Assembly: GCA_964035545.1 (NCBI GenBank)
Contig: OZ037769.1
Span: 12,182,633 to 12,246,632 of the forward strand
Length of the DNA stretch: 64,000 nt
DNA from: Bugula neritina
Lineage: Eukaryota; Animalia; Bryozoa
Direction of reading: 5' to 3'
Position numbers and translations under genes: made by a program. Positions 10,931-23,159 of this stretch are shown piece after piece; position 1 is the first letter of the stretch, and each line of letters starts with the position of its first letter. The notes under the pieces were generated by a model. It had not been told where the DNA came from, made no database searches, and worked only from the letters and a program-made list of their open reading frames with translations.

Positions 10931-12018
10931 ATGATTGAGATAACCTGCAATGATCGTTTGGGGAAAAAGATTCGAGTCAAGTGTAATGAAGATGATAAAA
11001 TCGGTGATTTGAAGAAACTCATTGCTGCCCAAACTGGAACTCGCTCTGAGAAAATAGTATTGAAGAAGTGGTATACGATATTCAAAGATCACGTTACTCT
11101 AGCCGACTATGAAATCCACGATGGAATGAATCTGGAACTGTATTACAGTGAGTGTTCTGTTATATAAAGTATTATTCGCAGTAATTTCTAATCAAATACA
11201 AGATTGAAATTACTAAACCTTTACTTTTGTGGTAGGATATAGAATTATTAAATAAACATGTAAGTGTAAAGACAAGTTTGCATGCATGTTCTAAATTCGC
11301 TTAACAAAACGATTCACTAGGAATTTTCCAAGATTACAACAAAGTTGAGACTCTTTTAACTGATCTAATGATACATTTGTTTGTCAGCAAACAATAGAAC
11401 TAGAAAGTACATATGTTTTCCGTATTATTTGTAACTTATTAGATTATAGCATTATGCCATGTGGCACACAGACAGAATGTGTGCCAGCGTAGCTAGCTGC
11501 AACATGTTTTAGACGAAACAGTTTAAGCATGTTTCTGGAACAGACCTAAGTTTAGAACCCAAATTATGTAATAGTTGCTCTCGAGTTTACAACCTGTTAA
11601 AAAGACATATCTAGTTTTTTTATTTGCTATTCATTTTGCTAACGAAACTTTGACAGTCTTTAAAACTTTCGAGGAAATAAGAAGTTTTAAACGACTGTCA
11701 AAGTTATTAACATCCCCCAAATGAAATAAGTAAAATTGATACTTGTTTTAAACCAGCTGATATTTTTAAATTTTCCCAGCTATTTTTTGTTCTGCGCTTC
11801 ATACTTGCAGTCTGTCAAGATGTTTATTTGGATATGTCATTTCCGTATTAAGTGACTAATGCTATTCTGTTCAAAACATAGCATATATCTGTATTGAAGT
11901 ACCGTATGTTTATGCTAGTGTTGGGTTGACCATTGAAATTTTTTATTTCTGATTTAAAATTTTCTATTTACCTATAAATTATTATTTTCTTTCATTATTT
12001 ATTTGTATTTTAGACTAG
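10931..12018 (+). CDS. UBL5: Ubiquitin-like protein 5 (Hub1), 73 aa; join(10931..11147,12014..12018)
   Basis: [18 protein letters not shown]...[12 protein letters not shown] is the Hub1 signature. Donor A|GTGAGT at 11147/11148 and acceptor TTTTAG|AC TAG give YYN-stop and the canonical 73 aa; AATAAA at 12291. Confidence 0.95.
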
Positions 12019-13126
12019 ACTCAAGATTTTTACTGGCCATCCATAAAGAAAACTGTCAACTGGAATCAACTGAAGCTGGTGTACAGAGCTGGTGCAATAT
12101 TTTATATATCTGGCACATGGTGGGAAAATCGCTATCTCATATACTATATTTACTAGTTTTAACATAGAAAAACACTATGGATCTTACAGAAACTCTTGGT
12201 CTTTCGCACTACTATTGTTTTTCCTATTACAGCTACCAGTAACATTTCAGTTATTTGTATATAGTTTATAATCTTTATATGTATGAAGACAATAAATCTA
12301 ACTTTTGTCTAATCTCTCACTCTATTGCTTTATTTTATTCAGTTTTCTATAACTTCAATGGAATTGGAGATTTAATTATTGTGGATAAGCACCAGCTTTT
12401 ATTGTCAAGTATAAAATTAAGCATGGGTTGACAATTTCTCTATGAGCTGGTATTCTGCATATACATCACCTCTATTGCAGTCTAGCTATTGTAAGGAAAG
12501 TAAAATTTTATTACTGCAGCTGTTGTAAGCAAATTGCTGCAGTTTGACATCCAAAGTATTGCATTATTATTTTTCACTTGAGATGGCTAGAAAAGTTTTA
12601 TGCTACAATTTCTGTGTCTTGTAACAGCAGCAATCATACAAACTTGTTCGATCCGCTATATACCTAGTAATGGTAAATTATAATGTTCCTTGTATACTGG
12701 TACAGGCTCATGTGTATAAACAGGTACATAATATATGATGGCCATGCTGACAAACTGCAACATCTGGTAACTGCCAAAAAATAATGAAGAATTGAAATAC
12801 ACTAATAAAGGAATTAAGATCATGAATAACTTCTTCACCCAAATTGCAATACTCTGTAGTCTATATATAAATACAACATGTGAATCTGTGGTATAATATG
12901 TACATTTGATACATTTGCCCTAGTCTAGTGTAAAAACTACACATATGCTTCATAATAGTTTAGCTTTTATTGTGTTGTACTGTTTGAAATTTTCTGGCTG
13001 TAGAAATTGAATCATTTGAATATCTAGTTCTGTTGAATGTATGTGCAAAGCCGAGCAATAAATTTTTCTGCATTGAACAATGTTTACGATTACTTTTTCC
13101 TCGTCAACTTTCCTTAATATTTCATT

Positions 13127-13290
13127 GGGAGCGCCCTTGGCATCTTTACGGACTGTGAGCGACTCTCCGCGACTGAAGAGTTACCTTCGGCCCGAGGTTG
13201 GCGGATAAGGCCTCAAAGTTGCTGGCACTCCCTGCGGTGATGCTCGCGGCTATCCCATTCCCAGCATGCGATAGCCTGGCCCGGAGTAAA
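13127..13290. other. GC-rich self-complementary island of unknown origin (structured RNA or mobile-element piece)
   Basis: Nested pairings GGGAGCGCC/GGCACTCCC, AGCGACT/AGTTGCT, TCCGC/GCGGA and GGCTATC/GATAGCC in AT-rich surroundings; flanked by TCATT direct repeats. Confidence 0.5.
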
Positions 13291-13399
13291 TCATTAGAAT
13301 GATTCTGTGATCACACTGTTAGATCTGCTACCTGCATGTACTTTTTATTCTAATTTTTTTTAATTCTCCTATAGTGTTCCTAAAAGTATCATGTGTTTT

Positions 13400-14500
13400 C
13401 TTATTCGTACATTTGTATTAAAGCAAGATTCACACCTATAAGCTGCTGGCGGGCAACCATTTTCCTGTCAATATCACATCATTATCAACTGCAATGATGT
13501 TTTGTTCCTAGCTTTCTATATTTGAAAGCACTAAAAATATCTATCTATCTAAATTCACCAGAAGAGGTGAACACATTAAATGCTCTTTTCTAGCAACTCT
13601 GTGATTAAGAGCTGCTGTTCACTTCCTCAATGTGATTTAGCTTGCATAGCACCTTTCAGGTTCATACATAAGCAATGTTTCTTTTGAATTTCTATTGGCA
13701 AAATACTTGATTTAGCTTATTGAGTAATGGTAAGTTAATTCCGTTCCATCAGCATATTGGTGGGCTAATGATTTTTCTGCATTAACATTTACATAATTTC
13801 GCCCCATGTGTGCATTCTCATATGCTTACTCAACTTTGAGGAGCTTGAACACTGTGTTCCACATTCCACGCATTGATGAGGTTTTTATTTTTTCTCCACC
13901 ATTTTATTTGTTTTCAAAAAATTTATTCATGTCATTCATAGTAAAGCAAGTTCCAAACCTAGCTACTGGTGGCCAACCATTTTCCTTTTCAATACCACAT
14001 CATTACTGAGTCCAGAAATGTTTTTTTTCTGGCTTTTTATATTTGAAAGCATCAAAAATTATCAAACTGCTTTTTTGTGCCTTGCCAATGTGTTGCTTTC
14101 ATCAGAGTATCTATAAAAGCAGTAGTTTATCTTCAGGTGGAGCAAAGGAATTGCTTCTAGTTTCTCTGCTCATTATTCCACCTTTTCAGGATTTCTTCAC
14201 TGAAGCAGCGATTTTTGTGCGTTCGGCCATAAATTTGATTTTGTGACTGCCATCTCTCCACCAAACGTTCTTATACAAAAGTCCTTTTTTACATGCTGGA
14301 CATCTGTGAGGCTCCTTACTAGTTGCTACCCTATTAATTAGGTTGGCTCCAGCATGTCTATCTACAGCTTTTACTGCTGGCGCATAGCTTTCTGGTTGTT
14401 CCCCATGCAGGGCCTGGCACATGCAGTGTGTGAAAAGTTCTTGCTTTTTTGTTATAACCTTTAACCATGTTAACTGCATCTTTGCTTTTCACATTTGAAA
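13400..14500 (-). pseudogene. Decayed ORF with a C2H2 zinc finger and an internal duplicated block (probably TE-derived)
   Basis: KPHQCVECGTQCSSSSKLSKHMRMHT at ~13803-13886; EPHRCPACKK at ~14290-14320; blocks 13420-13535 and 13940-14060 resemble each other; many stops. Confidence 0.45.
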
Positions 14501-14769
14501 AGAGATTATCAGGTTATAGCTCAAACTCTTCATTTGATTTGCTTTTAGATACATTTTACTTAGACTTATTTTACATAGATTCATTTTACTTAGACTGATT
14601 TGTGTAGCTTTTATATATTTTTTCATATATCTAAAATGTACTTTTATTTTTAAATTCTGTTACATCTTAACATTTTATCCGTGTATAAATAATGCATATG
14701 AAACTAATAGTAATAAAGTGTTTTAAATGAAATTTTATCGTACAATATTTTTATTTATGTGGGGGTGGG

Positions 14770-14936
14770 TGTGTATACGTATACATATATGTATACATAT
14801 ATGTATATGTACACATACATACATACACACACATGCATACATACAAGCACACACATGCACACATACACGCACACACATGCACACATACACGCACACACAT
14901 AAATACATACTCACACATACATACACGCATGCACAT
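14770..14936. repeat. Imperfect (CA/TA)n microsatellite
   Basis: Runs of catacacacacatgcatac. Confidence 0.9.
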
Positions 14937-15584
14937 GTAGGTGCAGTTATTAAGATGTTAGAAACCTTTATAACAGAATTTACAAGGCAAAGTTTTCCAT
15001 TTTTTTACATAATATAGTATTATATAATATGGAGTATAGTAACATAGAGAATATATATCAGCACTTTTAAGGTTTAAGTTAGGAGTATTAGACAGAGTCT
15101 CTCAAATAATAGTGAAGTGTTTGATTTTAATAATTAATATATATCAACACTTATAGGTGTGTAGTTATATTTACAGTAAAGCTCTATTCTATGGTTTAGC
15201 ATTTTTTATAGACTGTTTTTATTTCTTTATGAATTATTAGAGCAACTATTTATACATATATAAAAATCTTAGTATTTTAAAATGCTCAGTATATTTTGCA
15301 GTAAATAAAACTTGCAATGATGCTGTACAGCAAGCAAGAATAAACTTAAAATTGAAGATTAATGCAGCAGAGAATATTTATAGTCCAAGCGTCTAACATC
15401 GTTTTCATTTCGTGTAATTCAACATATGCAGCAAAGCACTATCTGGACTTTCATACTACAGACATAGCTTTAGCAGTAAATCTCTAACACTAACTAATAA
15501 TATCATATTAATAATATAATTATACAGTATTTTATTTTGTATAGATTATAGAACAGTTCCGGGGTGGTGAAGACATAACAGCAA

Positions 15585-17221
15585 CTAACAGTAACTGGGT
15601 ACATCAAACACACTCTCATCCTGTATACCATTAGTAATATTTCCATACTGGAAGAAGATCATCTGAGGTACTGGAAATAAAAAAATAGTATCAAGTATAA
15701 AACACTATGTCTGCAATTTTGATGATTAGTTTATTATGTAGTAGGTGTAGTTACTGCAGTACTGTTAGAACTTCCATATAACATATATATCTATGATCTA
15801 ATCTATGACCTATATATATATATGTCAACATCTGAACAGATAAATTCACATATTTTACCAAAACAGGCATTTTCATGTCAGTGAGGAGATAATGAAGTGT
15901 ATAACACTTACCATATTTTTCTTGTAAATAAAACAATATACTACACTTACCTCCGACAAATATTTGCTCAATAAGTTCAGATACAATAGTAAAACTGTCT
16001 CTCAGAACAGTTATTACAGTAGATCCGTCTTTCACTGCCAGTCTGTATGTATCTGTGAGTTGATCTCCGACAGTCAAAGATAAAATGTGAGTTAAGGACT
16101 CTACAACATACGGCATTACGATGTCAGGTTCATGTACTGTAAAAGCAAGTTTAAGTACTATCTTAGATGCTTGACAAATTTTAGAGGTAGGTGCATGTAA
16201 TGGAGAAATTGAGAAAGCCCTGTGTTCTAGGCAAAAAATGTAGCAAAATAAATTATGTTATTGTGAGAACTTTACTGGGTGACCCAAACCAATTATTAAG
16301 AAAATTAAAGAGCTTCAGCTATGAAAATTTATTTACTACTGCATCTACATAAACAGATATGTGCACAATTAATTATAGCCTGTTCTTTGAGTAGATGGGA
16401 GAACTTACCTGAATCTGAGCAGATCTGAGTTATGTTACGTGACTCACTTCTAGTGCACTCCATATTTATTGTATCGACTATATACCCAACGTCCTACATG
16501 TAGCATAATAAATATTCAAGTATTTCAAGTAATGATAACATAATTAATAGAAATGCTTAAAATATGCGCACAATGCATTCATATTTGTAAACTTTTAAAT
16601 AGGAGGGTAACACGAAATCAAAGATATATAATCATTTGCTCTGTACTACAATAATGGGCGTATATAGGTACCATGGTATGTGTACCACAATAGCTAGTTG
16701 ACTGAAGGAATATGATGTACTGTACCATATTATTTTAGTAAAATAGGATAATATCATGTTTTTCATCACTGAGTGTAAAAAGTAACAATTAAATAGCTCA
16801 AACTACACAGCTCAAAGCCCTACAAAATGGTAAAAAAGTGGGAGTGCACAGTGACTCTATTCTGTATACTCTTAACTCATTTAAAATTTATTTAAGGTTC
16901 TATGCAATTGATGTTTATGTATTCCTACAATAATTATATCTATGTACTTACGCTAAAAAATAGGAGAGTGATATTTCCAGCAAACTCTCCATCTACATAA
17001 ACAGATTGTCGGAATGATGCTTGATTCGTGGAATAGTCGACCGCTGCTTTAGCAATTACATCAGAAACCACACCAGTTCCCTGCACCACCTCAGCGCGTT
17101 TACCATATACAGAGCTCTCCCATTTTAAAGGAAGACACTGTCTTTCACTGCGAGTAGTAGGGACAGTTTGAGTAGAGACTGCAACAGTAGCTAACAGCAA
17201 GCAAAAAGATCTGGCTAACAT
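15585..17221 (-). CDS. Ependymin-related protein (EPDR) copy A, 196 aa; exons 17221-16952, 16493-16409, 16100-15951, 15670-15585
   Basis: Signal peptide; CLPLKW N-terminal motif; AVDY; C-terminal ependymin motif YGNITNGIQDESVFDVPSYC. All introns are GT-AG with consistent phases, and exon lengths 270/85/150/86 are identical in copy B. Confidence 0.88.
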
Positions 17222-17280
17222 GGTTACTGTTGAGTGTGCATAAAAGCTTTGACTACTGAATATTCTCATAGTGTGTGTCT

Positions 17281-17398
17281 CTTTTTATACTGAAGAGAGG
17301 TTCAACTGCAGACAAGGGTTGGTATCTTTACAGGATTGCATAATTACATTGTTATTAGGAAGGTCCTGGATTCTAGACAGTTTTCAATGTCACGTGAT
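17281..17398 (-). promoter_or_regulatory. EPDR-A promoter: TATA box (17289-17281) and CLEAR/E-box-like GTCACGTGAT (17389-17398)
   Basis: TATAAAAAG ~60 bp upstream of the ATG; both motifs are kept in copy B (30506-30513, 30624-30633). Confidence 0.6.
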
Positions 17399-17849
17399 AC
17401 TCTTGATCAGCCTCTATCAGCATGGCTTATTCGCAAATTCTTATACATGTATGCCCTTTAACCTTTCGGCTGATATGTGAAATACAATGAATAGTTATAT
17501 TCCATTTCAGCTGTAAATTACTTCACATGTTCATTGCATCATCATAATCATCATGGTGATGCAATCTACAAAATGCAGTCCTAGATAATGTGATCACCAA
17601 CTGCCATTAAAGTCTTTACCATAATATTTTTGTCTGACTTTCAGTTTTCTTGGAACAGCTACAATATTTTACTTGTATGTGATGTTATTTGTTATGTACA
17701 TGTTGTCATGCTGATATCCGTGAGTCACCATAATAAAAGAAAACATTTAAAATGACACAAATAAAAGCACTTTATGCCAATGTCTGTGCAGTATAGCTCA
17801 CAGCTTGCTTAAAGCTTTCATCCCAGTGAGAGACCCTGGTGGTGACGGT

Positions 17850-18003
17850 TTTTTAATATGCTAAGGACTGAGCCTCTCACCATGCTGTAGAACATGGCCC
17901 AGAAGCAATTATAACACCAGCAACAGCCTTGCCAGGGTTTGAACTGGTGATGCTAGCATTTACTAAACATGCACTTTAAACCACTAAATTTAGGCTGCTT
18001 CCC
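17850..18003 (-). mobile_element. Degenerate tRNA-derived SINE
   Basis: Minus strand GGAAGCAGCC...TAGTGGTT (A-box-like)...AGTTCAAACCC (B-box-like); start shared with the 35290-35404 copy. Confidence 0.55.
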
Positions 18004-18469
18004 TTTTTACACTGTTGTAAGTACAGTTTATTAGCAAAACATAAAATACTAGTACATAATTGTGAAGCAACCATGCCCTTTATCAAGTTTATTGGAGAAT
18101 ATGACTCATATTTTGTTCAACTACAAATTTGTTTTATGACTACATTTTAGTTTTGTTCAGATATACAACTTTTTGTTTTTAAGCTTTCAAAAAACCAGCT
18201 GAATGCACACTAGCTTATAAATAATCCATTATCAACACATGATAAAATTATTATCCTAATCAAAACAACTATTGTAACAGCAACAGTGGATAAAAGCACT
18301 TGACCCCAAATTACTACGACGTAATTATTTCCTCATTACCAAATTTCCTAAAAAATATAACATGCAGAAAAACTTACACACTTAGGAACACATGTGATAT
18401 ATATTCCAAACATCAAGCAACCTGTTATATATATATGTGCGTGTGCGTGTGCGTGTGCGTGTGCGTGTG

Positions 18470-19300
18470 TGTTGTTTGTTTGTTTTGTTTTGTTTTGTTT
18501 TATTTTAACACTTATGAAAAATTTACAAGAATGAGAAAAAAATAGCAAAAAAATGTGTTTAGGCCTATGGCGCAATAGCACTGCAGCTAGTCAAGGCACC
18601 AGGCCTTTGCTGAGGAGAACTAACAGTTAGCGGTCTAAAAATACAAAATCAAACAAGTTACATTGAGTCAAACAAGTAAGACTTTACAGCACGCTTGAAA
18701 TCATCATCTCTTGCAACAGCACGAATTGACTTCGGCAGTCCATTCTACAAGGATGCACACTGGTAACTCACTCTGCGATGTCCGGAAGCGGTTGTAGATT
18801 TGGGCAGTTTTAAATTATATTTGGCAGCTCTAGTTAAGTAATTGTGGCAAGAATGTGAATCATTGGAGTAAAAGGTTTGATGAACAAGTAATAATAATTT
18901 ATATTTGTATTGTAATTGGACAGGTAGTATTAAGGAATGTAAAAATAATGGTTTAGTGTGTGTCAATGGAGATTTTTCATAAATTATTCTTACTAATCGC
19001 TTTTGTAATAAGTGGATTTGGTTAATATAACTTTTAGCTGCGCTTCCCCATGATTCAAGACAATAGTTGATTTTGGAATTTATAAAAGAGTTTTATATTA
19101 CGATTAACACTTTTCTTGGTAGGAAACTTGAACATTTAAATAGCATTTCTATCATTGGTCTCAGCTTTTACACAATTTGTCTATATGCAAATTCCATGAC
19201 AGAGATTTGTTAATTTCAACCCCTAAAAATTTGATTGAATTTGTTTCTTTTAGATATGAGTCGCCAATTTTTAATGAATTTGGGTTTAGTTTGCGGTTGG
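18470..19300 (-). mobile_element. 5'-truncated LINE (CR1/L2-group RT C-terminus and 3'UTR)
   Basis: Decayed KFLGV, INYCLESWG and STTASGHRRVSYQCASL; 3'UTR block GGCCTATGGCGCAATAGCACTG shared with ~31851; (CAAA)n tail. Confidence 0.85.
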
Positions 19301-19319
19301 GGTTGTATATATATCATTC

Positions 19320-19495
19320 TGGTAACTTCTAAACTCTGGAGTTACTTGAGCTCTCGATCGGGCTTTAATGAGCTTTAACTATGCTTTTGTTGAAACATCA
19401 GTGTCTTTCATTGTAAAGGTGTGAGCAATGGCACCCGTTCTGTGCTGTGACGAGAAGACAAGTCTCGAAACAGCTGCTGTACACAGACTGAGTTA
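19320..19495 (+). mobile_element. Short repeat family ending in a type I hammerhead-like motif (retrozyme/Penelope-like), copy 1
   Basis: Homologous to 31625-31772 (+) and 38252-38430 (-); ends TCTGTG-CTGtgACGA-stem II-GAAA-CAGCTGCTG-TA-CACAGA. Confidence 0.7.
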
Positions 19496-19984
19496 TATAT
19501 AATAATCATAATTGTAATAATAATTAACATCTTGATAAAAACTCAACTTCCCTAATATCAATGCATCTGTAAGTAGTATGTGACAACTATAGATTGCATC
19601 ATTATATCTGACACTCACAACAACTGCAACTAATAATTGCATTATTATGAATATTTAGATTGAAAACTCTAAATGATGAGGCTATAATATTATGCTGACA
19701 TATTACTTACTAAATAATTATATGATGAAATTAAAATATACTGGACATGTGAGGAAACTACTTGCTCTACTTTTTATCAATTAGCCTAGTTTACTGGCCA
19801 CATCCTAGGAAACATCTCTTAGTTACATGGTGTTTTATATCTAACAATTTTTCCAAAGTTTTATTTGATACTATGGTATGGATGATTTTAAGTTGCATGT
19901 TCACTATGCACTTCAATTATAATATTTATAGCTCTAAAATTATTCTATAGACAATTTTGAAGTTGTTTATATTTCCTACAATAA

Positions 19985-20540
<556 letters not shown>

Positions 20541-21138
20541 TCAGTTAGTATTCTAATGGGATGCATTGGCTTCACTGCAGTCACGTCTTCGTAAATTTAT
20601 TGATTGTTGCTATTAGGCAGCATTATCATTGTCCTTTTATGATTGAATCGATAATCATATTTGTATTTCACTCAATTAGAGTTTGATTTTGGCAACACAT
20701 TTCTTTTTGAGGAGCGAAGATTTTTGACAAGTTATTAGAATATCTTGCTGTGAAAAATTATGTATAACTGACATTTTAGCTGTGACCATACTAAAGTATA
20801 TTCATTAGTTCAGCCAATCATCTGAGAAAATGTTGAAACCACACCTCATTTGAAATTAAAACTCAATTAATATCCAATGATTGCTATCATATTTCATCTA
20901 AGTCAGTGATAATCTATATATTTCTATATATAGCACTGCTATTCAAATGCTAATGATATCCTTTGAAACTTTGCTAATCGGAAAAGTACATTTCTCCTTA
21001 TGCAACAACTCAGGGCAAACAAAAATTTCAATTTCTGAACAGCTTGTATCCTAGGTGAGTTAGATGCTGCAGTTGGTCTAAAATGAAATTATCATATAAA
21101 GTGAATGAATGAATGAAGCATACATTAAAGTTTAAATC

Positions 21139-21366
21139 ACGCACGCACACACACACACACACGCACACACACGCACACACACGCACACACGCGCACACAC
21201 GCACACACACGCACACACACGCACATACACGCACACACACGCACACACACGCACACACACGCACACACACGCACACACACGCACACACACGCACACACAC
21301 GCACACACACGCACACACACGCACACACACGCACACACACGCACACACACGCACACACACGCACAC

Positions 21367-21402
<36 letters not shown>

Positions 21403-21415
21403 GCACACACACACA
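21139..21415. repeat. (GCACACACAC)n 10-bp tandem repeat
   Basis: Seen directly. Confidence 0.95.
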
Positions 21416-22719
21416 TCAGTGGAGAATTAGCTGTGGTTGGCACTTGAAGCAGAGGTTGTTTTAAAACGAATGTCGCGTCATCTAATTTGCATTGACTGGG
21501 AAACTAGGTAAACTTTGCAACTTCACTCCAATGCTAAGAGATAATATGTAAAATAAAACAAAACTGTTAATGCTTAAACAAAACTACCAGCTGTATTCAG
21601 TGCAATTTTAAATGTTGCTAATTAGGGTAAAGTAGATTTGATTTCACTAAACATGTATGTCAACAAATCATTTGGAATGAATCAGTGGCAGCTTGTACCA
21701 TACTTCAAGTATTTTTACATTTCTGCTCATAGCAGTTTATAACATAATGGCTACTTATCATGACCCGCTGCAATTTTCTCCAATAAATGTTTTCTGATTA
21801 CTCCTTAACATTGCTAAAGTTTTGGTCTGGGATTTAGTAGAGCCACAATCAAAAAGTAAAGCCTCAACTGCCCCATTTAACCACTGCAGTATAACTATGT
21901 GCCTATAACGCAGCATTTCTCTTAAGAGGTAAAACACATTATTTTAAATGTTGGTCCACATTCAACATGGAAAAGTGTTGAATGTTTTTAGCAAATATTA
22001 TGTGTGTTTTGTGTCCATTCGTGCGTGTGATCCTATGATATCATTTATTATTAGCTGTTATATGCTTCTTCTTTAGTTTCAGAACTGCATGACTGTAAGT
22101 AGTATAGGTGAGGCCTATTTATAAATAGTTTACATTTTTACATTTTGCCTGATTTAAGGTGGTAATGCTTACCATTCTCGCAGTAGAGTTGTGTTGGCAG
22201 GTTAAAATTTATAAAATTAGTTTGCAAGCTTACATTTGTCTGGTTTATGGTGTGCAATGCTTGCAATATTTTTTAATTATAGTTGATATGATTACATTTC
22301 CTACAGTAGACCTGTGTTGGCAGGTTATGATTTATAACTAGATCTCTCAGATGTTTTAGATTTGTTGTCCACCCTTAATCGTTGTAATTTTATGTATCAA
22401 ACTACAGACATGGAGAGACATGGAGACTAGTATTGCTTGCTACCTTTTGTGTTGAATTTAAATGGACTTGCACACCGATCAAGTTTATGTATTGCTTAAT
22501 AATGCAGTTCAAATTCAAGAAAAACTACTGAGGTAAGTTGTTTTATAATGTGAAATACAGAGTGCAGTCTAAAATGTTTTTATATATTTTGTTTACTTTT
22601 GTTATACAAGTAAAAATTATCTAGGTACAACATACTACATTTAATTAGATATAAGGTAACTTAGTTCGCTTGGTAGAAAAAGGGAAGTCTACTATTTCCA
22701 AAGATTTCAACCCATTTGT

Positions 22720-23152
22720 TTTTATATAATTTAAAACTGATCAGCATCATTATCATGAAAGCTTCCATTATTCAGTAAAAGTGCAATATGATCTAATGTG
22801 TATCCTTTCGTAATGTGTGTAAGGAAAAAACACAGTATTGACCACAGACACTGCTAAATGTTGATTGTAATCTTGTGTCATTGAACATCTACTCACCACA
22901 CCCTTATAAAACATCTCATATTTCAGGTAAGTTGTCAGGTAGAGATCCAAAGCTATCTTCCACCTTCTGTTTTCACAACTGCCACCCAATGTTTACCTTG
23001 GTGACCGTGAGGTTTGGTGTTTACTATCATACAACATGGAAACTTCAATGCACATATTGGAATTATATCAATTGGAAACACACCCATAAGAAGTTCAGTT
23101 CTGTCACGTAAGCATATCCTTGTAGAATATTGTATATTTGCTCGCTATCCAT
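22720..23152 (-). pseudogene. Adenain-like maturation cysteine protease (frameshifted)
   Basis: MDSEQIYNIL...GVFPID...IVNTKPHGHQGKHWVAV (catalytic His)...QSTFSSVCGQYCVFFL (oxyanion Gln and catalytic Cys). Confidence 0.85.
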
Positions 23153-23159
23153 TTTAAAC

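Noticed and set aside
13220-13270. HDV-like or twister fold in the GC-rich island
   Set aside because: P2/P3-like pairings exist, but no proper P1, J4/2 or twister pseudoknots could be completed.
16101-16136. Longer EPDR-A exon 3 using the in-frame acceptor TTTTACAG ending at 16137
   Set aside because: Not conserved in copy B; the 16100 start gives the same 150-nt exon as copy B. Minor use cannot be excluded.
21430-22720. Further Polinton genes (pPolB, integrase) or terminal repeat
   Set aside because: No convincing motif could be read; left unannotated.
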